Of a DNA stretch of 64,000 nt, positions 18,113 through 27,642 are shown one piece after another. Location of the stretch: positions 5,717-69,716 of the forward strand of contig JAZSQK010000010.1 of assembly GCA_045537915.1 (NCBI GenBank), in the 5' to 3' direction. The translations under genes and the position numbers were made by a program. The notes beneath the pieces are model-generated. The model saw only the letters and a program-made list of their open reading frames with translations. It ran no database searches and was not told the origin of the DNA. Position 1 is the first letter of the stretch, and every line of letters begins with the position of its first letter. Source of the stretch: Acutalibacteraceae bacterium (lineage in GTDB: Bacteria > Bacillota > Clostridia > Oscillospirales > Acutalibacteraceae).

Positions 18113-18141
18113 ATTATACAGCATAAAAGCCCTAATATCAA
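18113..18141 (-). promoter_or_regulatory. Sigma-70-type promoter for the 2Fe-2S/hydS array
   Basis: Minus strand reads TTGATA-17 nt-TATAAT (complement of 18136-18141 and 18113-18118), about 75 nt upstream of the ATG at 18038. Confidence 0.55.
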
Positions 18142-18274
18142 TATAAAAAAACGCTAATTGTTATTTTTTTAACATTTTTTAAAGTTTTTCCGTAATATTC
18201 TCTTTGATTTTGGTATAAATGTTTAGTAGGGCAGATTTCCCGTCCTGTTTTAAGCTAACTTTTCTTGTTTTTTA

Positions 18275-18316
18275 CAGTAAAAATTCAACACCGTTCGGAT
18301 AATACCGAACGGTGTT
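18275..18316 (-). terminator. Rho-independent terminator after the mrp-like gene
   Basis: AACACCGTTCGG / CCGAACGGTGTT 12-bp stem, followed on the minus strand by GAATTTTTAC. Confidence 0.7.
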
Positions 18317-18323
18317 TTCTGTT

Positions 18324-19169
18324 TTACAGTTTTATATTTTCTTCTACAATATCTGCCGCATTATCCATATAGCCCTGGTCAAACTTTTCGAACTCTCCCT
18401 TATCGGCAAGTTCGGCAAGTTTTACATCAATAGGAACACTTGCAAGAAGCAAGGTCTCGAGCTCTTCGGCAATAGATTCGGTCTTTCCTTCTCCGAAAAT
18501 ACGGAACTCGGCGCCGCAATCAGGACAGCAGACATAGCTCATATTCTCCACAATTCCAAGAACGGGAACATCCATCATAGCCGCCATATTGTAGGCCTTT
18601 TTCACTATCATTGAAACAAGGTCCTGCGGAGAGGTTACGATGACTATTCCGTCAATCGGCAGGGATTGGAAAACGGTAAGCGGAACATCACCTGTTCCTG
18701 GAGGCATATCAACAAACATATAATCAATATCTCCCCAAACGACATCGGTCCAGAACTGAGTTACCGCTCCTGCGATAACTGGGCCTCTCCAGACAACAGG
18801 GGTTTCTTCTGTTTCCAAAAGAAGATTTATTGACATTATCTTTATTCCACCGTCTGTTTCCTTAGGCAAAATTCCAAACTCGGTCGCCTCGGCCCTACCC
18901 TGAAGGCCAAACATTTTAGGTATTGACGGACCTGTGATATCGGCATCAAGTATACCTACCTTATAGCCCTTTCTTTTCATAAGAACGCTGAGCATAGCGG
19001 TAACCAGTGACTTTCCTACGCCACCCTTTCCGCTTACAACGCCGATAACCTTTTTTACGTTACTGTTCACATTTGACTCGGCTTTTTGGGGCTTTGTGCT
19101 ACCTGCCTTTGAACAACTCGAGCAGTCGCCGCTGCAAGAGGTATCGTTACATTTTCTTTCTTCTGCCAT
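18324..19169 (-). CDS. Mrp/NBP35/ApbC-family Fe-S cluster carrier ATPase
   Basis: VVSGKGGVGKS deviant Walker A, DMPPGTGD, and a CCPDCG Cys pair. Confidence 0.85.
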   Translation of the reverse strand: MAEERKCNDTSCSGDCSSCSKAGSTKPQKAESNVNSNVKKVIGVVSGKGGVGKSLVTAMLSVLMKRKGYKVGILDADITGPSIPKMFGLQGRAEATEFGILPKETDGGIKIMSINLLLETEETPVVWRGPVIAGAVTQFWTDVVWGDIDYMFVDMPPGTGDVPLTVFQSLPIDGIVIVTSPQDLVSMIVKKAYNMAAMMDVPVLGIVENMSYVCCPDCGAEFRIFGEGKTESIAEELETLLLASVPIDVKLAELADKGEFEKFDQGYMDNAADIVEENIKL

Positions 19170-19231
19170 TTTTCATTCCTCCGAGGATATAAAATTCATT
19201 GTAACTATTATAACCCCAAGCTAAAGGATTT

Positions 19232-20161
19232 TCAATTGTTATTGTTAAAAACCGTTTCTATTTTTTTAGAGGCTCCCTCGGGAGAATAGACAAATCGGTC
19301 TATGTGGTCCCCGTTGTAAAAATAATTTATCTCTTTTGGATAATAAGAATCAAAGCTATCAATTATTATCAGCTTTATCTTCATCTTATCGGGAATTATA
19401 TTTTTTATGTAGACCGAAGTGCTTTGTCCTACATATACATCCCCTCTTGCTTCGGCAAGTCCCGCAAGATTGGGCGCAAGTTCTATGAATACGCCGTAAC
19501 TTTCAACGCTTCTTACAACCCCGTAGACCGTCTGTCCCTGTGAAAACCGAGCAGCATTTTCCTCCCAGGTGCCAAGCAGCTCCTTATGAGAAAGGGTAAT
19601 TCTCCCGTCCTCTATCTGTTTTATTATTACCCTTATATCATCTCCGACATTAAAACGGTCTTTTGGATGGGATATTCTCGATACCGAAATTGAGTCTATT
19701 GGAAGCAGGGCAATATTTCCGCAGCCGATATCGCAAAAAGCGCCAAAGTTTTCAAGATGGGTTACTCTTGCTTCTATTATATCTCCGACTCTGTGGTTTT
19801 CCAAAATATAACTGCGGCAAAGCTCCTGAGCGTGAGAACGGGAAAGAAGGGCATATTCCTTGCCTAAAGCATCTGTCCTTATCTCCTTTACCGTAAAGCA
19901 GACCGACTTGCCTACACGGGATATAAGGGCTATATCCCGTGTTTTGCCCTCCCTTATTCCGATAGCCCCCTCTTCTCTGGGTATTATTCCTTTCATTGAG
20001 CCGAGATTTACAAAGAGGTTATGCTCGTTGTCGCACATATAGGCCGTAGCCTCAAGGATTTCGTTTTTTTCCTTAGCCTCCTCGAGCATCGTTTTAGTAT
20101 AGTTACCTCTCTTATTAGCGGATATCTCTCCCAGACGGCCTTCGGGACAACAGACCTTCAT
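19232..20161 (-). CDS. S1 RNA-binding domain protein
   Basis: Repeated S1-like segments (GDIIEARVTHLENFGAFCDIG; GQTVYGVVRSVESYGVFIELA). Start chosen at M25 (AAAGGAAAGG upstream); the start is uncertain. Confidence 0.6.
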   Translation of the reverse strand: MKVCCPEGRLGEISANKRGNYTKTMLEEAKEKNEILEATAYMCDNEHNLFVNLGSMKGIIPREEGAIGIREGKTRDIALISRVGKSVCFTVKEIRTDALGKEYALLSRSHAQELCRSYILENHRVGDIIEARVTHLENFGAFCDIGCGNIALLPIDSISVSRISHPKDRFNVGDDIRVIIKQIEDGRITLSHKELLGTWEENAARFSQGQTVYGVVRSVESYGVFIELAPNLAGLAEARGDVYVGQSTSVYIKNIIPDKMKIKLIIIDSFDSYYPKEINYFYNGDHIDRFVYSPEGASKKIETVFNNNN

Positions 20162-20355
20162 TATTATCAACCTTTCCTTTAACATAAATCTTAAGTCGGT
20201 AAGCGAAGCCGCAACGGATTCGACTCTCGCCAACCTAACGACAGGCTTTTTCTGTCACACTAAAGATATATGCCAGAAAAAAAAGAATAATGATTGATTA
20301 AAGCGTAAAAAACTGTGAATGATATTTGTAAAAAGTTCTTGCGGTGGGAAGGTAA

Positions 20356-21276
20356 ATGACGGTTATTATTCTTTGTGTATTTTCGTTTGTGATCATATAT
20401 GCTATCGCCTCTCTTATAGCGCTTAAGGCGGCCACAGGCAGATCACGCCCCAAAAAAAGCTCGGCGCAGCTTCCTCTCTTTGATGCAGATACAGCCTTCA
20501 AAAACCAGTTTGAAAGCGGCGCTGAGTATATGAAATCCCTAGGCTATGAGGAGTGGTTTACAGAGAGCTTTGACCGATTAAAGCTTTACGGCAGATTTTA
20601 TAAAAACGGCGATTCCAAACGAACAATGGTACTTTTTCACGGCTTTCGTTCGAGCGGAGAGCACGATTTTTCCTGCGCCGTATCAACCTATCTTGAAAAG
20701 GGTATGAATCTTCTTATCCCCGACCAGAGAGCCCACGGCAAAAGTGAGGGTAGCTATATCGGATACGGGGTGCTTGAGAGGTACGATGTCCTTAAATGGA
20801 TAGAGAAGATAATTGATGAGCTTGGGGAAGACTCCATAATATACCTCAGTGGAATTTCGATGGGTGCTTCGACCGTTTTGATGGCTTCGGGACTGAATCT
20901 TCCCGATAATGTAAAGGGAATAGTTGCAGACTGCGGCTTTACCTCCCCCGAAGAGATTATTAAAAAGGTTATGAAAAAGGACCTTCATATACCCGTCTTT
21001 CCGCTTTATTACACAACCCGTTTTTTAGCAAAGCTTTCGGCTCATTATGATTTTTCCTACTCAACGGTTGATGCTCTTAAAAACTGTAATATACCCGTTC
21101 TTTTTGTTCACGGTAAAAGCGATGCCTTTGTTCCCATTGATATGAGCCTCAAAAATTTTGAAAACTGTGCCTGTCAAAAGCGCTCGGTCTGGGTCGACGG
21201 CGCAGATCACGGTTGCTCCTTTCTTATCGACAAAAACCGTTATATAACCGAATTCGAAGAGTTCTTTAAAATATAA
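20356..21276 (+). CDS. Membrane-anchored alpha/beta hydrolase
   Basis: N-terminal TM helix, HGFRSSGEHDF, nucleophile elbow GISMGAS, C-terminal HG...D. Confidence 0.7.
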   Translation: MTVIILCVFSFVIIYAIASLIALKAATGRSRPKKSSAQLPLFDADTAFKNQFESGAEYMKSLGYEEWFTESFDRLKLYGRFYKNGDSKRTMVLFHGFRSSGEHDFSCAVSTYLEKGMNLLIPDQRAHGKSEGSYIGYGVLERYDVLKWIEKIIDELGEDSIIYLSGISMGASTVLMASGLNLPDNVKGIVADCGFTSPEEIIKKVMKKDLHIPVFPLYYTTRFLAKLSAHYDFSYSTVDALKNCNIPVLFVHGKSDAFVPIDMSLKNFENCACQKRSVWVDGADHGCSFLIDKNRYITEFEEFFKI

Positions 21277-21278
21277 AA

Positions 21279-21306
21279 AACAGACCTGGACAGGTCTGTT
21301 TTTTAC
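21279..21306. terminator. Bidirectional terminator hairpin between convergent genes
   Basis: AACAGACCTG-GAC-AGGTCTGTT, flanked by A-run and T-run. Confidence 0.7.
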
Positions 21307-21312
21307 GTTTTA

Positions 21313-22230
21313 TTATCTTAAAAATCCGTTTACTATCTGCTCTTCAGCCTGGCTTTCGGTAAGTCCGAGAGTCATAAGCTTAATAAGCTGTTCTCCTGCG
21401 ATCTTTCCTATTGCCGCCTCGTGAATAAGTGAGGCTTCGGCGTGGTTTGCCAAGATTTCAGGCACTGCGCTGACCGAGGCAGAGTCCATAATAATAGCAT
21501 CACATTCGGTATGTCCCGAGCAGACATTGTTTCCGTTCACATGGGACACAAAAAGCTGTTTTGAATTATCCTTTGCAACCGAGCGGGAAATCACATGAGT
21601 ACTTGAATTCTCGCCGTCGAGGTCAACGGTAAATCTCGTTTCGGCATACTGCTCGCCGTGTGTCATTATCTTTTCGCCGACAACAAGGGTTGCTCCCTTT
21701 TTGAGCTTTGCATGAGTTTCCCTTATTGTACTGTCAACGCCTTTTATCTGGGCGGTTTCCATTTCCATATAAGCGTTTTCGTCGAGCTCGACAATGGTGG
21801 TCGGGTTCATTATATTTTTACCCTTTCCGTCACCCTCGCCGTAATGCTTTTCAATATACTTAAGTCTTGCATTTTTTTGGAGGTAAAAGGCGTGAATTCC
21901 GCTATGCTCACTCGACTCATCTCCGCCATTGTGAATTCCGCAACCTGCAACGATAGTAATATCGCAGTCCTCGCCGACGTGAAAATCATTATAGACAAGC
22001 TCTTTTAGTCCTGTCTGGGAGAGCAGCACGGGTATGTGAACGCTTTCATTTTTTGTTCCCGCCTTGATGTAAATATCTATTCCGGGCTTGTCCTCTTTTT
22101 TAACTATTTCGATATTTTCAGAGGAGTTTTTGCCGTGGAGCGCACCGTTTATACGAAGGGAATAAGCACCCTGCGGTACCTCATGGATACCCGCTACCTG
22201 TTCTAACAGATTCTTCTGTATAGCGTCCAT
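21313..22230 (-). CDS. SufB/SufD-family Fe-S assembly protein (short form)
   Basis: C-terminal HEAAIGKIAGEQLIKLMTLGLTESQAEEQIVNGFL is the SufBD signature. Adjacent to sufC. Confidence 0.75.
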   Translation of the reverse strand: MDAIQKNLLEQVAGIHEVPQGAYSLRINGALHGKNSSENIEIVKKEDKPGIDIYIKAGTKNESVHIPVLLSQTGLKELVYNDFHVGEDCDITIVAGCGIHNGGDESSEHSGIHAFYLQKNARLKYIEKHYGEGDGKGKNIMNPTTIVELDENAYMEMETAQIKGVDSTIRETHAKLKKGATLVVGEKIMTHGEQYAETRFTVDLDGENSSTHVISRSVAKDNSKQLFVSHVNGNNVCSGHTECDAIIMDSASVSAVPEILANHAEASLIHEAAIGKIAGEQLIKLMTLGLTESQAEEQIVNGFLR

Positions 22231-22231
22231 T

Positions 22232-22942
22232 TTATTCTCCCTCCTGTACAAGACGGCAACCCGAATTCACAAGAATTCTCGGAAGAATCTCGTCCTTTGT
22301 GCCAATCTTATCTATCTCTCCGCCTTTAAGGAGGATTATCTTATCGGCGATATTAAGTATTCTCTCCTGATGAGAGATTATCATTATACTGCCGTGATTG
22401 CGCTCATACATTTTTTCAAAAACCTTGATAAGACTGTTGAAGCTCCAAAGGTCAATTCCTGCTTCCGGCTCATCAAAAATAGAAAGCTTGGTGCCTCTGG
22501 CATTTATCATTGCAATCTCTATTCTTTTAAGCTCGCCACCTGAAAGAGAGGCATCAATCTCACGATTAATATAGTCCTTTGCGCACAGACCAACCTGCGA
22601 AAGATATTCACAAGCGGCGGCGGCTGAAAGCTTTTTACCCGATGCAATCGATATAAGGTCTAGCACGGTTATGCCCTTGAACCGAACAGGCTGCTGAAAG
22701 GCAAAGCTTATACCCGAATTTGCACGGTCGGTTATAGACATATCGGTAATATCCACCCCGTCAAGATAAATCTTTCCTGTGGTTGCGGGAAGAATTCCTG
22801 CTATTACCTTGGCAAGAGTTGACTTACCGCTGCCGTTAGGACCGGTAATTGCAATAAATCTTTCATCAATTTCAAGGTTAATGTTTTTAAGTATCTGTAT
22901 ATCCCCTACGCTGTATGAGATATTTTCAAGTTTTAACATCAA
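22232..22942 (-). CDS. sufC: SufC-like ABC ATPase
   Basis: GPNGSGKST Walker A, LSGGELKRIEI signature, SIFDEPEAG Walker B. Confidence 0.85.
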   Translation of the reverse strand: MMLKLENISYSVGDIQILKNINLEIDERFIAITGPNGSGKSTLAKVIAGILPATTGKIYLDGVDITDMSITDRANSGISFAFQQPVRFKGITVLDLISIASGKKLSAAAACEYLSQVGLCAKDYINREIDASLSGGELKRIEIAMINARGTKLSIFDEPEAGIDLWSFNSLIKVFEKMYERNHGSIMIISHQERILNIADKIILLKGGEIDKIGTKDEILPRILVNSGCRLVQEGE

Positions 22943-22960
22943 TTTCCTCCGTGGAAATAA

Positions 22961-24319
22961 TTATTTTTTGAGCTCGGCCAGTATCTCCTTACCGCAATCG
23001 ACAATTGCCTCTGCAACTCCCGACTTATAGCGTGAGGTTCTTGCTTCATAGCCGCCCTCATCAAATGCAGCTTTTACGGGGAAATATCCCTCGTATCCGT
23101 TTGTAAGGCCGCAGGGCATTATCATATCAAAGCCCTCAGTATCCTTAATTTTTACGCCGACCTCTGTAAAAGGCTCGCCGGGTATTCCGACAAGAACGAC
23201 ATTACCGAGCCTGATTCCCGACATGCCGAGATTAAACTCATAGGGTCCGTGCTCAAGGTCGCACATGCGAATGGCCTCAGCAACGACCGTTGTAAGCTGC
23301 ATAGCCTTATACGGTATCTCGTCATCTTTTCCTGCCTCGTGAAGCTCCTTGTATTTTCTGGCTAAGGGCATATCGGCAGGGTCGGGCACATTTGCGGGAA
23401 CGGTTACGGTCTTCTCTATCATATCGATAGAATCAACATCGACATACTCGACCTTATCGTAGACCTGAAGAACAGTTCCTGCAAGAGCACGTCCGACAAA
23501 TCTCGCCATTCCGGGACTCTTCATCTCATTATCAAAGCTGATTTCGGTGTCGTTCATATCTCCGCCCGAGGGATGAACATTGGTAGAGCCTACATCGCCC
23601 TGTGCTCCGGGAATAAAGATGCACTTTACTCCGTCAAGAGCCTTGTCAAGTGTCTTGTACATCCAGTGCGGCCAGTCGGCAGAAATCATCTCTCCGTTAA
23701 CAGTATCTGCATGAACACCGTAGTTTACTATTACAACATCCTCTGCGCCCTCTCTTGTAAAGCGAAGCACGTGAACTCTCTGGTCGAGCTCACCGATAGG
23801 ACCTACTATGTTCGGGTCATTAATTGGAGGGCAGGTAAAGGTTGAGCCGTCCTTCATTCTGTAGCGGCGGATATAAGCCACTCTTTCCGGCGCCCATCCT
23901 GTAGCATAACCCATCTTTGCGGGTTTTAAATCATTAAGCGCTAAAATAGATGCATCTACCATACGCTCAGCGACAAATCGGGAATATTTATTGATAACCT
24001 CATTTTTGCTACCGTCAAGAGTAGAACCCACATCGGCGGCGGTATGGCTATGGGTTGCGTTAATGAAAATATTTCCACTCTCAACACCTGTTGCCTCTGC
24101 AATTTTTTCAATGCAAAGCTTTATGTAAGAGGTTTTGAGGGTGCAGACATCAACGCTCAGAATAAGTATCTTCTTGCCGTCACACTCGAAAGCGATACCG
24201 CTGATATTAGTATCGTCCAAAAATCCCTTTGCAAAACGGGGAATATAATATCCCGCAACGCTAATTCCAAGCGGCGGATTAATATTTACCTTTGAAAAAC
24301 CTACATATAACTTATTCAT
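22961..24319 (-). CDS. Conserved hypothetical protein, possibly neutral/alkaline ceramidase-N-like hydrolase
   Basis: The N-terminus VGFSKVNINPPLGISVAGYYIPR...ATHSHTA resembles ceramidase_alk-type domains. Recognition is from memory only. Confidence 0.4.
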   Translation of the reverse strand: MNKLYVGFSKVNINPPLGISVAGYYIPRFAKGFLDDTNISGIAFECDGKKILILSVDVCTLKTSYIKLCIEKIAEATGVESGNIFINATHSHTAADVGSTLDGSKNEVINKYSRFVAERMVDASILALNDLKPAKMGYATGWAPERVAYIRRYRMKDGSTFTCPPINDPNIVGPIGELDQRVHVLRFTREGAEDVVIVNYGVHADTVNGEMISADWPHWMYKTLDKALDGVKCIFIPGAQGDVGSTNVHPSGGDMNDTEISFDNEMKSPGMARFVGRALAGTVLQVYDKVEYVDVDSIDMIEKTVTVPANVPDPADMPLARKYKELHEAGKDDEIPYKAMQLTTVVAEAIRMCDLEHGPYEFNLGMSGIRLGNVVLVGIPGEPFTEVGVKIKDTEGFDMIMPCGLTNGYEGYFPVKAAFDEGGYEARTSRYKSGVAEAIVDCGKEILAELKK

Positions 24320-24389
24320 TTTTATTTCTCCTTTATCGAATTTAAACTATTTTTCCTTGAAACATATTATAATGATTTCAATTGAAAGA

Positions 24390-24413
24390 GACAAATTTTA
24401 CAAAAAATTTGTC
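24390..24413. promoter_or_regulatory. Perfect 10-bp inverted repeat (candidate operator) overlapping the -35 of the 22961..24319 gene
   Basis: GACAAATTTT-ACAA-AAAATTTGTC. On the minus strand TTGTCT-17 nt-TATAAT follows. Confidence 0.4.
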
Positions 24414-24547
24414 GCAAAAAGAAAGATTTTGCCGCAAAACAGGCCTGTCTTGCCTAGCCTATTCAATTATAATACACAAATAATTTAAATGCAATATCCA
24501 AAGGTTGATAAATTGGGCTAGTTTTAAAATAAATTGACCTATTTACA

Positions 24548-24580
24548 CGGAAAAAGAGGAGTCCCAAGCGGACTCCTCTT
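24548..24580 (-). terminator. rplL terminator
   Basis: AGAGGAGTCC/GGACTCCTCT stem followed by TTTTT on the minus strand. Confidence 0.8.
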
Positions 24581-24606
24581 AAATGTAGCATTAAATAATA
24601 ATTTAA

Positions 24607-24984
24607 TTACTTAAGCTCAACAGCTGCGCCAACCTCTTCGAGCTTAGCCTTCATAGCGTCAGCCTCATCCTTAGCAACTGCTTCCTTAAGGGTCTTGGGA
24701 GCGCCGTCAACGAGAGCCTTAGCCTCAGCAAGTCCAAGACCGGTGATCTCACGAACTGCCTTAATAACCTTAATCTTCTCTGCGCCTGCGTTTGCGAGAA
24801 CTACGTCAAACTCAGTCTTCTCCTCAGCAGCTGCTGCGCCGCCTGCTACGGGAGCTGCTACTGCTACAGCAGCTGCTGCAGATACGCCAAACTCCTCTTC
24901 TACTGCCTTTACGAGCTCAGAAAGCTCAAGAACGGTAAGAACTTTAAGTTCTTCAATGATAGCTGTTACTTTCTCAGATGCCAT
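24607..24984 (-). CDS. rplL: 50S ribosomal protein L7/L12
   Basis: [34 protein letters not shown]...[30 protein letters not shown] upstream of the ATG at 24984. Confidence 0.95.
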   Translation of the reverse strand: MASEKVTAIIEELKVLTVLELSELVKAVEEEFGVSAAAAVAVAAPVAGGAAAAEEKTEFDVVLANAGAEKIKVIKAVREITGLGLAEAKALVDGAPKTLKEAVAKDEADAMKAKLEEVGAAVELK

Positions 24985-25039
24985 TGTAATTTCCTCCAAT
25001 AATAAATTTAGTTTTGATTTTTAATAATTTGTTTGCTGA

Positions 25040-25549
25040 TTATTCAGCTGCAGCTTCGCCGTTTTTATCAACGATAGCCTGTACGGCACGTGCGAAGGAT
25101 GCCATAGGTGCCTGGAAAGCACCGAGAACGGTTGCGAGAAGAACGTCTCTTGAGGGAAGCTTTGCGAGAGACTCAACCATAGCAACATCAATAGCTTTAC
25201 CGTCGAGGTAACCAGCCTTGATCTTGAAATTGTCGTGAGCGTCTGCGAACTTCTTAAGAATTCTTGCAGCTGCAACGTGGTCGTCCTTAGAGATTGCAAT
25301 TGCTGTTGTGCCTTCGAGAACCTCGCCCATAGACTCGAGCTCAGTACCGTTAATAGCACGTTTTAAAAGGGTATTCTTGACTACAGAATAGTCAACTCCT
25401 GCCTCACGAAGCTCCTTACGGAGAACTGTATCGTCGGCAACGGAGGTACCGGAATAGTCAACAACAACTCCGGCAACGGAATTTGAAAGCTTGTCAGAAA
25501 GCTGGGCAACGATTGCCTGCTTAGCTTCAAGGACCTTTGCGGTCGGCAT
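25040..25549 (-). CDS. rplJ: 50S ribosomal protein L10
   Basis: MPTAKVLEAKQAIVAQL...DYSGTSVADDTVLRKELREAG. GGAGGTG SD. ORF-track N-terminal extension removed. Confidence 0.95.
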   Translation of the reverse strand: MPTAKVLEAKQAIVAQLSDKLSNSVAGVVVDYSGTSVADDTVLRKELREAGVDYSVVKNTLLKRAINGTELESMGEVLEGTTAIAISKDDHVAAARILKKFADAHDNFKIKAGYLDGKAIDVAMVESLAKLPSRDVLLATVLGAFQAPMASFARAVQAIVDKNGEAAAE

Positions 25550-25762
25550 AATTTTCACCTCCGAAAAATGTAGGAAAAGTCTTCTTTTCCAAATAATAAA
25601 ACCTGTCCCCCGAAGACAATAGAGGACAGGCATAAACATCACTTAAAAAGTTTGTTTAGGAACCTCGGTAGGCGTTAAATCCTTATCGCAAATGCGACCT
25701 ACTGTCTTCGGCTATGACATAATAACACACATACTGTGCTTTGTCAACTAATTTTTTCTTGA
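25550..25762 (-). promoter_or_regulatory. Long structured 5' leader upstream of rplJ, in the position of the L10 autoregulatory leader
   Basis: 213 nt non-coding gap with hairpins (for example CCTGTCC...GGACAGG at 25603-25631). Assignment is by position only. Confidence 0.35.
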
Positions 25763-26458
25763 TTAATTGCCGTATTTAGAGGTAGCCACCTTAATTCCGG
25801 GGCCCATTGTTGTAGCAATTACGCAAGACTTGATATACTGACCCTTTGCAGCGGCAGGCTTTGCCTTTGCAATAGCGGTCATAAGGGTGTCGATGTTCTC
25901 AACAAGCTTATCCTTACCGAAGGAAGCCTTTCCTACGGGGCAGTGGATAATGTTTGTCTTGTCAAGACGGTACTCAATCTTACCTGCCTTTGCTTCGGCA
26001 ACAGCCTTAGCAACGTCAGGTGTAACGGTACCTGCCTTAGGAGTAGGCATAAGTCCACGAGGTCCGAGAACCTTACCAAGACGTCCTACCTGTCCCATCA
26101 TGTCAGGAGTTGCAATAACTACATCGTAATCGATCCAGCCTTCGTTGGCAATCTTTGCGATGAGCTCTTCTGCTCCTACATAATCTGAACCTGCCTCTTC
26201 GGCAGCCTTAGCCTTATCGCCCTTTGTAAGAACGAGGGTTCTTACCTTTTTACCTGTTCCGTTGGGGAGAACTACTGCTCCTCTGACCTGCTGGTCAGCG
26301 TGACGTGAGTCAACGCCCAGACGAACGTGAATTTCTACAGTCTCGTCGAACTTTGCGGTTGCACTCTTTACAGCAAGCTCACAAGCATCGCCGAGATCGT
26401 AAAGCTTACCTGTTTCGATAAGCTTTGCGCTTTCGTTATACTTTTTTCCGTGTTTCAT
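25763..26458 (-). CDS. rplA: 50S ribosomal protein L1
   Basis: MKHGKKY...[14 protein letters not shown]...[13 protein letters not shown]. Confidence 0.95.
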   Translation of the reverse strand: MKHGKKYNESAKLIETGKLYDLGDACELAVKSATAKFDETVEIHVRLGVDSRHADQQVRGAVVLPNGTGKKVRTLVLTKGDKAKAAEEAGSDYVGAEELIAKIANEGWIDYDVVIATPDMMGQVGRLGKVLGPRGLMPTPKAGTVTPDVAKAVAEAKAGKIEYRLDKTNIIHCPVGKASFGKDKLVENIDTLMTAIAKAKPAAAKGQYIKSCVIATTMGPGIKVATSKYGN

Positions 26459-26516
26459 TGTTAATATCCTCCCAATAAGTGGTTAAATCGGAATTTTCCT
26501 CCCACGAGAGAGCCAA

Positions 26517-26942
26517 TTAGTCGACGACTTCAATGCCCATGCTGCGAGCGGTACCGGCTATCATAGACATAGCGGTTTCAATGCTTGCTGCATTAAGGTC
26601 GGGCATCTTCTGCTCGGCGATCTTCTTAATCTGCTCACTGGTGATCTTTGCAACTTTGTTCTTGTTCGGTACGCCCGATCCGCTCTCGATGCCGCAAGCC
26701 TTCTTAATAAGGACTGCTGCAGGCGGAGTCTTGGTGATGAAGCTGAACGAATGGTCTGCATATACGGTAATAACTACCGGAATAAGAAGACCTACGTCAT
26801 TCTTAGTGCGTTCATTGAATTCCTTTGTGAACGCCATAATGTTGACGCCGTGCTGTCCCAGTGCCGGACCAACCGGGGGAGCCGGAGTGGCTTTGCCGGC
26901 CGGAATCTGCAGTTTGATGTAACCAATAATTTTCTGAGCCAT
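26517..26942 (-). CDS. rplK: 50S ribosomal protein L11
   Basis: [55 protein letters not shown]-track extension removed. Confidence 0.95.
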   Translation of the reverse strand: MAQKIIGYIKLQIPAGKATPAPPVGPALGQHGVNIMAFTKEFNERTKNDVGLLIPVVITVYADHSFSFITKTPPAAVLIKKACGIESGSGVPNKNKVAKITSEQIKKIAEQKMPDLNAASIETAMSMIAGTARSMGIEVVD

Positions 26943-27094
26943 TTTTTGCACCTCCAATATTCGTGGTAACAGTGTTTTTACACCTGGCGGAACGGTCGTA
27001 TACCCGCTCCTCCCACCGTGATACCCTTTTGGGTATCGGCGGCAAAAATGCCGCAAGGTAATAAAGCAGAATTATCTGCGTATTACTGTTTTTA

Positions 27095-27625
27095 TCAGTC
27101 AGCCTTAGCTATCTGATCAAGCTCAAGCTCAGCAGGTGTTTCTCTGCCGAACATTGAGATGTTGACATTGACGCTTCCAGCGTCGGTATCAACTCCGGTA
27201 ACCGTTCCCGAATAGCCGCTCAAGGGGCCGTCTATAATGTTTACACGGTCGCCGACCTTGTATCCAACCTCTACGCTACGCTTATCAACACCGATTGAAG
27301 CAACCTCCTCATCGGTAAGCGGCACAGGCTTGGATCCGGGGCCGACAAATCCCGTAACACCGTGAATATTACGGACAACATACCAGGAATCATCGGTTAC
27401 TATCATCTTTATCATAACATAACCGGGGAAAATCTTTCTCTCATATTCCTTTGTTGTTCCATTATCCTTTACTTCGGTAACAGTTTCGGTAGGAATTCTT
27501 ATATCAACTATAAGATCCTGCATTTTTCGGTTTTCTACCATCTTTTCAAGGTCAGATGCAACCTTGTTTTCGTAGCCCGAATAGGTATGAACTACATACC
27601 ATCTTGCTTCATTTGTTCCTGACAT
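27095..27625 (-). CDS. nusG: Transcription termination/antitermination factor NusG
   Basis: ARWYVVHTYSGYENKV (NGN) and a C-terminal KOW (GDRVNIIDGPLSGYSGTV). Confidence 0.95.
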   Translation of the reverse strand: MSGTNEARWYVVHTYSGYENKVASDLEKMVENRKMQDLIVDIRIPTETVTEVKDNGTTKEYERKIFPGYVMIKMIVTDDSWYVVRNIHGVTGFVGPGSKPVPLTDEEVASIGVDKRSVEVGYKVGDRVNIIDGPLSGYSGTVTGVDTDAGSVNVNISMFGRETPAELELDQIAKAD

Positions 27626-27642
27626 ATCAAGCCTCCGTCAGA

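Noticed and set aside
26943-27094. Possible L1/L11 autoregulatory leader upstream of rplK
   Set aside because: The spacer contains GGGAGGAG-like rRNA-mimic sequence, but I cannot verify the fold or consensus by eye, so it is not reported as a feature.
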